NCBI RefSeq assembly: GCF_009914755.1
Contig: NC_060937.1
Direction: 5' to 3' (one strand)
Source of the DNA: the human T2T-CHM13v2.0 reference genome, Homo sapiens
Length of the DNA stretch: 64,000 nt
Under the pieces are notes generated by a model, which was not told where the DNA came from, did not search any database, and saw only the letters and a list, made by a program, of their open reading frames with translations. Every line of letters begins with the position of its first letter. The first letter of the stretch is position 1. The position numbers and the translations under genes were made by a program. This document shows positions 41,311-53,848 of the stretch, piece by piece.

Positions 41311-41784
41311 TGTGTATAAATATTTATTTAGCAAGATTTACAGGGGAGGGGGTGTGTGATCCCATCAGACAATGAATCATGTCCAGGGGAATTGAGTTTG
41401 GACTGTGTGACATAGAGTATAGTTTTTGTTCCCAGGATTTTTATTTCTATAATCTGGGAGGCAGGTGTTGACTCTCCATCATACCTTGCAGGGTTTTTCT
41501 TCTTAGTGAGGATTTATCCCATTGTTAAAACTTTTCTCCTTACAGAAAGTCATTGGCTTACATTCTATGGTGGGAAGGGCTTGCTGTGATCAAATCTCTC
41601 TTGCCCTTTAAAAACGTTGGAAAGTTCCTCTCTGGTCACGGTCTGTATTACCAGCTACTCACTGGATATGCTGCTGAGAGCCACGGAGGCCTAGCTTGAT
41701 TAAACAATCAGAGAATCATAGGGAAAGAGGCACTTGTTTTTAAACTATATAACGGTTTGGAAACTCCATTCTCAATCTCATACC

Positions 41785-41940
41785 TAGTGCTTTCAACCCT
41801 GGCTGTAAAGGATTATCTGTAGAGCTTTATAAAATGCTGAACTCCTAGTCAGACCCACTTGGACATATAGGGCCTGGCATGTTTTTTAAGCTCCACAGAT
41901 GATTTTGCTGCATCTAGAGTTTGGACTGAGAACCACTGTC
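41785..41940. mobile_element. MER5-type hAT-Charlie MITE
   Basis: agtgctttcaaccctggctg...tttttaagctccacagatgatt...tgagaaccactg. Confidence 0.6.
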
Positions 41941-42371
41941 CCACACTGAAACCCTATATGCATGAAAGTAATAAAACTGGTTGAACGGGAGTTGGAAGGC
42001 CCAGAAGTAGTACAGACTCAGCCAGGTGATCCCCTCCATGCAGCCCCCTAGAACTCAGTAAAGCACAACGGTGAAAGCCTCTCATCTAGGCCATTGCCTG
42101 ACTGTGCACAGGGGCAGTTAGGGGTGCACAGGCATGAAAATCTTATGTGAGCTGCTTTACAGCAGAGCTGGGCTTCCCCTACTCGGGCTCTTCCCACCGT
42201 GCTCTGCCATCCCACCCCACAAGGTACAAACACATTTTCACCATAACACTGAATCTGTCGAAATCATTTTCATATGTTAGATGGATTTTTGTAAGTTTGC
42301 TTTTTAAGAAATTAGATGATATTCATGTTGTATTGATCGTTTTCATTCTTATGCTTGGTTTCACGTTACAG

Positions 42372-42458
42372 AATAAGTTCATCCAAAGATCAGGACATGG
42401 ATATAGCAATGATCGAGCAGCTGAGAGAAGCAGTAGATTTGCTGCAAGATCCCAATGG
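42372..42458 (+). CDS. LRCH1: LRCH1 exon ~11 (87 nt, symmetric phase 2)
   Basis: gttacag|A ATA AGT TCA...AAT GG|gtgtgt; ISSSKDQDMDIAMIEQLREAVDLLQDPN. Confidence 0.92.
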
Positions 42459-43470
42459 GTGTGTATGTCTCCTTGGTCCAGGTTTCATGTGTAAATAATG
42501 CATACTAATGTATGGAGTACATTGTCTAAATTCCTAAAATACCTACACAGACGATTTTGGCCCAGTCCAGCTACTAACAAAGAAAAGTCATGTTTATTGC
42601 CTGTTTTCCCAAGATGCAAAAGTAAAAGAGTCAAACTTCTGGAGGGAGTGAGATCAATTTCCCCTTTCACCACCCTTTATTGAGTTCATTCACCCCTCAT
42701 GAAGTTCATATGGGAGTTTTTGGTAAAATTCTTAGAAAACAAAAATATGGTAAAAGTGCATGTTTTATATTGCTTAAAGTTTAAACCCCTGATTTATAAA
42801 AAATATAAAGAAAATGTTTTCCAAAAAGGAAAGAATTGGTATATCAAGTAGTACTGTATTTATATGGGGTAGTGCCAAATATATGTTAACTGAAGAATAT
42901 ATTTCTAAAGATTTGGGATACAGGATAATTTTAAAATCTGAATTTGCCTTGATCGATAATAGGCACTACATTCAGTGGATATGTGGATAATATTTTTCGA
43001 TTTCTTAACTAATGGTAATGGAATTCCCATGGACAAAATATTTTTCAGCTAAACAATAGCAGGTATCATGTATCGGGTAATAACTACATGATCTCTAGAG
43101 AACTAGAGGACTTGGTAAACTGATGTGGTCTTATAATATGATGAACACGGGAATCACACGCAGCAATCCTAGCTGGGTTCTGCAAATTTATGAAAAGCGT
43201 AGTTAGTGTATCCCAGAATGCTGATGAGAATATACCACCTATGATGTCTGGCCCTGAAAGAATAGTGGCGGATCAGTTTAGTACAGCTGGAAGTCTTTTG
43301 CAATTGATTTGAAAAACATTTCAATTCTGCAGACATTAATTGAGTGCTTGGAGTATGGGAAGATCTGCAGTGTGCACCTTGGGGGATGTAAAGATGGACA
43401 AGACACAGCTCTTGCTTTCTGAGAATTTAGAATAGATAGAGATTGCCTTGAGAAGTTATAAGTGTAACTG

Positions 43471-43800
<330 letters not shown>

Positions 43801-45098
43801 TCAAGTGCTTCAAGTGGAGGTAAAAAGGATAGACTCGAGCAAGTGCCCAACCCCAGGAAAAGGGGAGATGGGTGGACTGGTCTTCCTGAAGGATAGGATA
43901 ATGGCCTGGACCTTTAATGACTGCCAATTTCAAGAAAAAGAGAAATTCTGGATTGAATGAAAGGCTTAGGTAAAGGCATGAAGGTCAGAATGAATGGAGC
44001 CAGGTTGGGAAAATCTCAGGCAGAACAGAGGCTCTCCATCCTAGTGTGCTTCAGTATCACTTGTAGAACTTTTTCAGAACAGATACCAGGCACTTCCTTT
44101 GGGGACTGGAGTCAGCCAGTGCTTCTGATGTGCAGCCAGGACTGCGAATCACCAGAGACAGTGTAGAATGATGCAGGCGATGGCTTTGGATGTTGTTAAG
44201 GAGCTGAGATTTTAATTTATATTTAGAGGGAGGCAATGATGGTGTTTAAACATGATTATTCATGTTGTTAATTCTCCCTTATGTTTGGCTCGTGGCATAG
44301 GCACCTAATCAAGGTATGTTCAAAGAGTTGAATTCTACATCCCAAGCCGGGGCAGTTAGTGAAAGGGCAGGAAACAGGACAGGAGAGCCTGTATGTGTGT
44401 TTACGTGTATCCATGCATGTGTATGGTTGTTCATACATGTATGTTAGTACATGTAGGCATGTGCACCCGTGTACATGTATTCATTATAACGAATCAGGAA
44501 GTAGTGTGGCTTGTAGAAAGAACAGACTTTGAATTAGCTAGAAACTTTTTAAACATAGCTGCACCATCAGTTAACTTGGGTAAGTTGTATGACTTCTCTG
44601 CATCCCATTTCTTCATCTATAAGAGGGGGTGACAAGTACCTACCTTTTAGGGTTATGAGGATTTGAAATAATACATAAACTGCCGGTGGAGAAGTAAATT
44701 GGCAAAACCATTCTAGAAGTAACTTAGTATGTAACCAAGTCTAGAAACATATAAAACTTCGGAGTGAAATCTAAGAACTTATCCTAAGAGACAAGAAGAC
44801 GTGAACAATTTGGGGAATTTGGGGTAGAGAATGAGGGGTAGGTATTTTTAATAGCAAATATTTGGAAAAAGAAATTATCTAACAATTTGGGGATACTTTA
44901 AGTATATTATACTCTTTGATAAGACAGAATGTGATGTGGCCAATATAATGTTTTTTAAAGTTTCTAGTGATATCACAGAATGCTTTTATACTTTTAAAAA
45001 AGTATATAACTTTTTTAAAGTATGTAAAAACGCACAATGTTTGGTCCCAATTATATAGATAGAATTAGGTACCAATTGTGCAGGAAATTTAGAAAAAC

Positions 45099-45187
45099 TG
45101 GAAGGAAATATATTAAGATGGATTTTAAGAAGGAAATATATTAAAATGGAAGGAAATATATTAAAATGGAAGGAAATATATTAAGAT
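45099..45187. repeat. 20-bp minisatellite, 4 copies
   Basis: Unit GGAAGGAAATATATTAARAT; copies 1 and 2 separated by a short insert. Confidence 0.9.
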
Positions 45188-46318
45188 AGTGGAAGAAAAC
45201 ATTCCCAACTAACCTTCCAAGTGACACTTGATTTGCATCTTTATGGAGCACTATTTTAAAATACTATGTTGTAAAATTTTATATGGATTCTTTCATTTTC
45301 TTTCTAAAATAATCCACTACTTTGGCTGCTTTAGATCATTGTTATTTATCCTGAAATAACTATTATAATATGACATCTAATTTTATAATAGTTCTGTGAG
45401 CCAGTTTAATAGTCATGAAAAGCCCTGGTTTTGTTTTGGATATAGAGAGGACACTTGAAGATGTCATTTATTTCTAACTACTTTGGGGCTGAATATTAGT
45501 AATAAAAAAGTTTACATACACATTTTGTTTTTTCTTTTATCTCACATTTCATAGATCCAGGAATTTTTTTCTTTTTTAGTTAAGCCATTGATTGTGGGAT
45601 TAAATTTTTCAAGTTTACCTTTTATGCATCAGAAAATTTAGTTGGCTATTGCTGTTCTGTCTTTATCTTGATTTCTTCTCTTAAGGCCTTCTGATTGTTA
45701 GTTTGACAGCATTTTCATAGGCCTCTATAATATAAATGCATCCCTGTTTAAGATGACTTTGTAAATTTTATATAACTTACAGAAATTCCTGGCTTTATAG
45801 GTCTTTAAGAACAAAAAATCTTCATCTCTTAAAATAGCAGAAATTTAGAAACTGTTTGAGACTATTTCAGAAGTAAAAATGCATATCAAATTGCTTATGA
45901 TTTTTTTAAGTGAGAGATATAATGTATATCTCCCTATTAAAACCAAATGCCATTGGTACATATACTATAATGTAATACTCTCAGCAACTTGACTTGCTTC
46001 TGTAAATTCATAAAGTTCTAAAATAAAATTTAGTATATGCTATACTACCTATGAAAATTTTGATTTTATTAGAAATTACTATTATATTACAAACAAGTTG
46101 GATTGTATTACCAATAGCAGATGGAATATTATATTTTGGCATGCAGTGGGAAAATACCATGCACTTTGAAATTTCTGTCATAAACTTTTCCTCACTTAAT
46201 CCTAAAGATAAACATAACTTTTTAGTAAATTAAAAATTTAAACTGAATAAGACCAATAGAATTTATTAAAAATAAAAGTTTAATACGTTTACTAATATCT
46301 TTTTTTCCTACTCTTTAG

Positions 46319-46408
46319 ATTAAGCACAGATATTACAGAGAGAAGTGTTTTAAACCTATATCCTATGGGATCAGCAGAAGCCTTAGAATTACAAGATTCT
46401 GCACTGAA
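46319..46408 (+). CDS. LRCH1: LRCH1 exon ~12 (90 nt, symmetric phase 2)
   Basis: TACTAAT branch-like motif at 46290, ctctttag|A TTA AGC...CTG AA|gtatgc; LSTDITERSVLNLYPMGSAEALELQDSAL. Confidence 0.92.
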
Positions 46409-46518
46409 GTATGCTTGCCTTTTATAACAAATTATGTTTTCTCTTTTCATAATACATTGACATTTCTATGCTTTAAATTTCACTTTGTATCTTTTTTTTT
46501 CTTTCCTTGTTCTCACAG

Positions 46519-46555
46519 TGGTCAAATACAGCTGGAGACATCTCCGGTGTGTGAG
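46519..46555 (+). CDS. LRCH1: LRCH1 exon ~13 (37 nt, phase 2 to 0)
   Basis: ttctcacag|T GGT CAA...TGT GAG|gtaagg; GQIQLETSPVCE; follows a 110-nt intron. Confidence 0.92.
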
Positions 46556-47829
46556 GTAAGGCTGCTGGTAGATTCACCAGAACTCTGTGCAATATTTTGC
46601 CATGGAATACTGGCCACCACATTCTGTAAAGATTTGTCAGGGAGTGAAACATCTTTATTAATGAGGCCAATATTCAGATTTGTTCAGGACACATTTTTCA
46701 ACTTGTTTATACGTTTGCCTCTTTAGTTCTGCTTTTCTGCTATACCTCACCCTCTGTTGAAGATGAGAGTTGGCTATTTCTATTAGATTCTGTAGATTTT
46801 TTTACCTCAGATCATCTTGCTGAGTCAAGCGATGGCAACTAAAATACATAGGGAATCTGCCTGTGTGTCAGAACCTGGAGGAGGACCATTCAATGTAGAT
46901 TTTAGAGCCAAGAAAAGGTCTGGGAATTGGCCAGATGGAAATTAGCTAGAAAACACCTGAAAGACAAGAACAAATTATTTGGGAATGTCGAGGAGGATTG
47001 AGAGAATATCATGAAGAGAAACTGGTGGTGATATTTGAAGACAGGGTAAGGATGGGTTCAGTAGAGTTACATGGAGTGAAATTTGGATGGCTGTAAAGAA
47101 AGCAGTTTTGACATAACACTAGAGATGACCTTAGAATGTCCTAAAGCCAGAATGTTACCCCAGGATTAGAGAGAGAAGTTCGAGCTGGTGATTTGGGAAT
47201 GAAACATAGGCTACAACCCATTTCCTGAATGGATTTAGGATGGCTAATTTAGGCACCAAGATTGTGTACAAACACCTTATGCCCCACTGAGGTGTTTGCA
47301 CATGTACTATAGTAAAGCGGTTTCACGCTCTTAACTTTGTCTCTATGTTAAAGAAATAAGGAAAAGGGAAGTATTAATGTAAAAGGGAAAGCCATGTTGC
47401 TAGAGAGTGTGGTTTCATTGTTAAGCGCAGCGACTTGGAATTATATTAGGTATCAGTCCCATCTCAAAGACTGGCTAACTGTGGGGAACTTAACCTCTCT
47501 AAACATTCATTACTGTAATTGGGATCATAATACTACCTATTGTAAAGATCGAATTAGGAATTCTGATTCAGAAAATGTCACATAATATAGGGTACCTAAA
47601 TGTTAGCTATTAGCTTACTTCTCTATTATTGTTATTGGTGTGGCCTTTAAACAGAATTACTGTACCACCTCTTCCCTGGGTGGAGGCCTCATTGAATTAC
47701 CCAATAGTGGGACATTGGAAGTCTTTTATTTGCAGTCTCCCCTGGACCAATTTCATCAAGCTCTTCCTTTGAGATTGATTTTGGTTCTGTGCAGACTTAA
47801 CCTCTTTTTTAGCTTCTTATTTGGAAATA

Positions 47830-47969
47830 ATTTTTTTAATTTAATTTTATTTTTTGAGAGATGAGATCTCGCTTTGTTGCCCAGGTTAGTCTCAAACTGC
47901 TGGCTTCAAGCGATACTTCCTCCTTAACTTCTCAAAGTGCTGAGATTACAGGTGGCTCACACCTGTAAT
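47830..47969 (-). mobile_element. Alu monomer (FLAM/AluJ left-arm-like) with an inverted 5' end
   Basis: gagatgagatctcgctttgttgcccagg...caaagtgctgagattacaggtg; TSD aataatttt at 47826 and 47970. Confidence 0.8.
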
Positions 47970-48790
47970 AATAATTTTAAACATGAAAATAATTTTAAAC
48001 TTATAAAAGTTGTAAAAATTTGCAGTGTTCTACAAAAGCTTGCAAAAATGATAATCTTGTAAAATTAGATTTACTAGTAACATTTTATCACATTTGTTAT
48101 ATTTGTTCTCTTTCTCTCTCTCTCTCCATACACACAGTTCTTTTTCTGAAACACACACAATTCTTTTGCTGAAAGTAAGTTTCACACATCATAGTCCTTT
48201 ATCCCTAATCATTTTAGTGTGTGTTTTCTAAGAATATGGATTTTTATCTTACACAATCAATTTCAGTTATCATCTTCATAAATTCATGGTGATAACATAT
48301 TTTCATCTAATCTATCACCCATCCTCCAAATTTGTGAGTTAATCTAATGATGCTCATCAGAGCATTTTTTTCCTTTCAGTGTAAGATCCAGTTTAGTTGC
48401 AGATACTGCATTTGATTGTCAGGTATCTATAACCTTCTTTTATCTGGAACATTTCCATGACCTTTCTTTGATTTTTATGACCTTGAAATTTTGAGGAACA
48501 CAAACCTCCTCCTTTTTAATAGAATGTTCCTCATTTTGTGTCTGTCTAATGTTTCCTTATCAGTTTGAACTTCTGCATTCTGATTTCGAATACTGCACAG
48601 GTGATGTTGTGACCATCTCAGGGCATCACATTTGGGGCCACACACTATGTCCATCTTTCCCTCTTTGGTGATGTTAATTTATCACCCAATCAAGATATAA
48701 GTCCATTTCTCCACCGTGTAATTGCTGTTTTATTTTTTCGTTGCAACTAACAAGCAGTCTGTGACAAGATAGTTCAAGACCATCTTAGCA
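47970..48790 (-). mobile_element. L1MC4/5-type 3' region (host of the Alu monomer)
   Basis: aataattttaaacttataaaagttg...tagaatgttcctcattttg.gtctgtct.atgtttcct. Confidence 0.6.
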
Positions 48791-49527
48791 TCCAGCTGCA
48801 GACCCACTTTTGACTCTAGTAAAATAGATGGCCACCTGTTTGCATGATTTCAGGAGCACAAGAAAGACACAAAGCTTCTGGAATAAAGATATATCCCCTC
48901 CATTTTTAATACACAATTGGATGGTCATTCCAATAATTTTGTCTTCTAAGATGTATATATTCCTGAATTTTTTTTAAAAAGGAAGTATTGTTACATGCCA
49001 GATCATGTGCTTTGTATATTACATAAGTTATCGTTATTTCATTTCTTCAATAAATATTCGTTGATTGCCTCCCATGTGTCAAGCACCACTCTGGACACTG
49101 AGAAAGTAGCATTAAAGACACAGAGGTCCTACACTTACGAGTTTACATTCTAGGTAAAGGTATAAGTGAAAAGTGCATCCTGAGTGATGATGCAGGATTT
49201 GAAGCTCAAGGTCAAGTGACTGGCCAGTTCAGTTACATGTAAAAGGCGTGGCCCTGCTTTCCCACTGTGGTATATTGCCTCTTCATGCTGTAGACTAGTG
49301 GCAGCACTAAGTCTTGTCATGCTTACAAACCTTAGTGATGCCTGATTGCATCAAACCTTTTCTTCAGAGCAGATCTTGGCAGAAGAAGAGCGGCCATTAT
49401 ACTTATGTGTGCATGAACAATGCTTCCAGTAATGTGAATGGGTATGGAAGGAATAAGGGATGGGTATATACTAAATATAGACTGAGCCCAGTTCATAGTT
49501 TTGTCTAGGTCTAGTTTTCATCCCATC

Positions 49528-49822
49528 TTTTTTTTTTTTTTTTTTGAGGCAGAGTCTCGCTCTTGTCGCCCAGGTTGAAGTGCACAATCTCGGCTCACTG
49601 CAACCTCCACCTCGTGGGTTCAAGCAATTCTCCTGCCTCAGCTTCCTGAGTAGCTGGGATTACAGGTGCCCGCTACCATGCCTGGCTAATTTTTGTACTT
49701 TTAGTAGAGACAGGGTTTTGCCACGTTGGCCAAGCTGGTCTCAAACTTCTGAGCTCAGGTGACCTGCTCACCTCAGCCTCCCAAAGTGCTGGGATTTCAG
49801 GCATGAGCCACTGCACCCAGCC
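49528..49822 (-). mobile_element. AluS
   Basis: TSD atcccatcttt at 49520-49530 and 49825-49835. Confidence 0.9.
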
Positions 49823-52800
49823 TGATCCCATCTTTTAATCTAATAGCAATACATGCGCTGATTTACTAACTACCCAATTCCAATGGTTATTAGAAATTGC
49901 TATTGTTATTCAACATTTTGGTGGTTTGGGAAGGAATGTTTAAATGTCACATTTCCTTAATATCAGCCCAAGACTGTTTTATTTGGAGCTTCCTCCCATT
50001 TTCCCATCAGCAAAGGTGAACTCTATCTTTGCAGTCAGTTCTAGATTTTCAAAATGGATTCGTACTTATTGATCTCCTCTTTATTTCTCCTGTTGTTTGT
50101 CTTTCTCATTGCATAGCACAAACACTTAGCATTCTCACTTGAAGTGGGACCCGACTCAGTACCTAACTACTACACAGTGAGTAGTTCGTGAGGATTCCTG
50201 GAAGGGAGGGAAGAAGAGAGGGAGAGAGATAGGAAATTAGATGATGAGGATTAGGCTTTGGTAAGCAAATTTCAGTGTACTGCTTATTTGATGTACAGAT
50301 CTCTGGGTCTTAACTGATAGCTGCAAACACTCCATCATTTAGGTAAAGTGTATATTATGTCCCTTTAAATTCATTTCCTTGTGTTTGTCTAAATTGAAAA
50401 TCATCTGACACTTTTCCACATGCTCATAAAGCTTCATGGGTTTTTCCTGAAGTTTAACCATGCTTGCTACCATTATATTATGTGGAAAAGCCTAATATCC
50501 TCCTAAAGTAGGAAACTTGACTTCCAAGTCATATATCAATCATTCAGTCAGTTGGCCCAGCCCAGCTTTCCCTCTAATGATGAGTCTGTTTGTTCCATCA
50601 GCCAAGGCCATTAAGCCTGTAGGTGTTGAGCTGCAGCTCTGCACAGGTCCTGTGCTCAGTGCTGTGAGGGCCTCCCTGCCAGCTACTGCACCCTTGCCTC
50701 CAGAGTGAATTTTCTGCTCTAATTGGGCAGATTGTATTACTCCTCTGTACTCACAGAATGTACCAGGTCCAACCTTCCTTAGCACCTTTATTTTAGCATG
50801 CTACTTAAAATGTCTTTGAGCTTTCACTCTCATAGAGTTTTAAAAACGCATATATACCTGTGCCCATGATTTCGGGAGTCCCTAGAAGACAGAAAACCTC
50901 AAGAAAAAAAAAAGATACTTTTATTCTATCCCCAACTTACAATGTTTTGTGTTATTTTAACATAAGGTTGATTTTTTTTTCTTTTTTGGCTGAAGGAGGA
51001 GTATTTGGTATAAGGAATTCTCACTCCTTGTTTTCCTTCTGTAGGGCAATTATCTGTCCTTGGCAGATACATCTCTATGATTTTAAAAAAGGAGGGGAAT
51101 AGCTGGCCCTGATGGAAAAAGGAAGTCACAAGGAAAAGAAAAGAGAGTAGTGAATTCACAGGGCCAGTGATAAGGATTATGGAGAGCTAAAATATGATCC
51201 TTACTTATGATTTGGTTATTTTTATATTCTTTCTTCTGTCTCATTCAAGCAGAAAGTAACATCTTTCAGCATAGCCCTATATTAATTCACCAGTATTTGT
51301 TGAGTGCCTGTGCTAGATTCAGCCTTGTTTTTGTGTAAAGGACTGGAAGATGAAGGCTATGAAGTTGCCCTCACTTTAGTGAATTTTTTTTTAATTGTGG
51401 GGGTAAGATTTAGATGTTGAAAAATTTGCAGAAGAAATAAGATGGTCTGCAGTCCTGAGCTTGTTTTAGGTGCTCAGGGACACTGGGGAAGGGGTAGAGT
51501 TTAAGGAGAGGAAAGTAAACTTAGACTTTGGGCATTTTTGGGTTTGGCCCTGTAGCCAGGAGGCTATGTTGAGCAAGACACCGTGGCTGTGGGGGATCAG
51601 CTCTGTGTGAGCCACACGGAAAGGGGAGGCCAGGATTATGAAGCGGTTTGTAATTGGTGGCACATCACGTGATCTGACTTTAAACATACTTTAGGTGACT
51701 GTCCACATCAAGTGTGGATGGCACTGGCATCCATGCAGGAAGAATTGCAAATTGCATGGCTCATACATAAATATCGAACGGGGAAGGGTCTGCGAGACGA
51801 TAGGACAAACTAGAGGAAAGAATTGCTTATAGAAAGAATCAAACCTGAAGTTACTTGTTAGCAGCTCTAACAAAGCCATTTGATTGAATAGGGATATTTG
51901 TGACATTTTATTCTAAAAATATGGTTTCCTCTTGGATTTGTGTCAAAGGTGGGAAGATTTTTAAATAGCACTCCTCAACAATGAATAGGAACAGGCATCT
52001 TAAATGTACAATAATTTGGTGGCATATATGAAGGTGTTTTTATATGAGCTAACGCCCAATTTTTTATTAGGGAGGATCAGGGGGTTCTTGACTACCTTAT
52101 AAAGAAGGCAGATCTGGGTAAGAAACTAGAGTGTGTCCCTTGTGGGCTCCTTGTTTCTGCGTGTCCCTTTCATGCTGGTTTTACAAGATTTTGCTCTCAG
52201 CCACTGTCCCTCAATTTCTTCACTGTCTCTGTGGACCATCTGGCCACTCTCATGGACTCAGGCACCCCATAAATAATAATAACTTCGAAACCTGTAGCTC
52301 ATGCCTCAGGTTCCCCTCTGTACCCCAGTATTCAGATTTTATCTCCATGCCCCACAAATTTCTCTTTCTCTACATAGCTAAACTGATACTATCAACTTCT
52401 TCTTAAACTGCTCCTGTGTTCTCCGTGGTATTCAGTGATGCTACCATCTACCCAGTCATTCCTGCTGGAAATCGGGATGTCATCTTGACTTTTCTCCATG
52501 ACCAGTTATAAATCCTGCACATTTTATGACAGAAAAAATTCATAATTTTTTCTCTTAACCAGTAGTTGCCAAAGTAATCTGATGTTGAACTGACAACATG
52601 AGATTTGCCCAGTTAATTTGGGGTCCAGACGTGTATTTATTGAATGCTCCCAATGTGATTCTGCATATTTAGGAAGTACTACCTTGAACCATTTCTAAAA
52701 ATCATAATTAAAATGAGGATGGGAACCAGCAGGCAGCTTGGTCACCTAGCAAGGTAAGCTGACATCCACAGATATTTTGGAGTGAACTCCTTGCTCTGGG

Positions 52801-53041
52801 AAATTCTTTATCTTAGTTTGTATAATACTTTAAACGTATTTTTCTATGAATACAGCTGCATGTTTTCAGAACGTATGAGTATGGTCTACTTAGTTACTGA
52901 ACACACTAACTAATTAATTCAACAGATATTCATTGTGCACCTATGGACCGGGGACATGATGGCAGTAAGAAAGATGAATTTCTTGCCTCAACAGTTTCAC
53001 AGTCTAATGGAACATACCATGCTTTGTTCTTCTTTTTTAAG

Positions 53042-53095
53042 GTGCAAAGTGATCTAACATTACAGAGTAACGGGAGCCAGTATTCTCCAAATGAG
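53042..53095 (+). CDS. LRCH1: LRCH1 exon ~14 (54 nt, symmetric phase 0)
   Basis: tttttaag|GTG CAA AGT...AAT GAG|gtaagt; VQSDLTLQSNGSQYSPNE. Confidence 0.92.
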
Positions 53096-53775
53096 GTAAG
53101 TTTCTTGAAGATTAATGGAAGGTGAGGTGTTTCTTGATGGCTGGATTGGAATATCTTTTACAGAAATATATAATCTAAGACTTGTGATTAATTAATTAAT
53201 TGAGTCTTTGGGGGAATCCGTCTAACTCTCATTAGCTATCATAGCTTTATCTGGTCCTATTCGTAATTAAAGATTAATTTTTATGAGATATATTTTTAAA
53301 AACCGAATGTAGGAACATCTTTACAAGAAAACAGAATGAAGATCACTTAAATAGGAAACATTTAGAATGTCTTGTTCTCCATAAATGATTCAGTGTGTGA
53401 TTCAGTATTACTGAGTTCAGTATTATCTGTTTCCTCATCAGATGTGCCCTCTTTTGGATATAAATGGATATAGTGTGTGTGTGTGCATGCACCCATGCAC
53501 ACAGCTGTGCAAGAGGAGTGCCAGTGTCACGTAATTGTAAAATGTTCTTAAAATGGACAAAACAAATTGAGTGGGTCACTCTAAAACAAACATTCTGTTG
53601 GTTATGCCATTTAACATCTTTACAAAGTGATTTTTTTTGGCCAGGACTTCATCACACAGCAGCGAATGCAAAAAGGGAGTAGTTTTGTTACAATCCTTGA
53701 ACATAGAAAACCATACATAGTTCTTCTGTTTTCCTTTTATTTTTTTCCTAATTTCCTTTCCTTCCAACACCACAG

Positions 53776-53848
53776 ATTAGAGAGAACTCCCCTGCAGTCT
53801 CTCCTACCACAAACAGCACAGCTCCATTTGGCCTGAAGCCTCGATCAG
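53776..53848 (+). CDS. LRCH1: LRCH1 exon ~15 (73 nt, phase 0 to 1)
   Basis: caccacag|ATT AGA GAG...CGA TCA G|gtaaat; IRENSPAVSPTTNSTAPFGLKPRS. Confidence 0.93.

Noticed and set aside
45099-45187. Repeat array as a CRISPR-like locus
   Set aside because: Tandem units with no unique spacers, no cas genes, primate intron.
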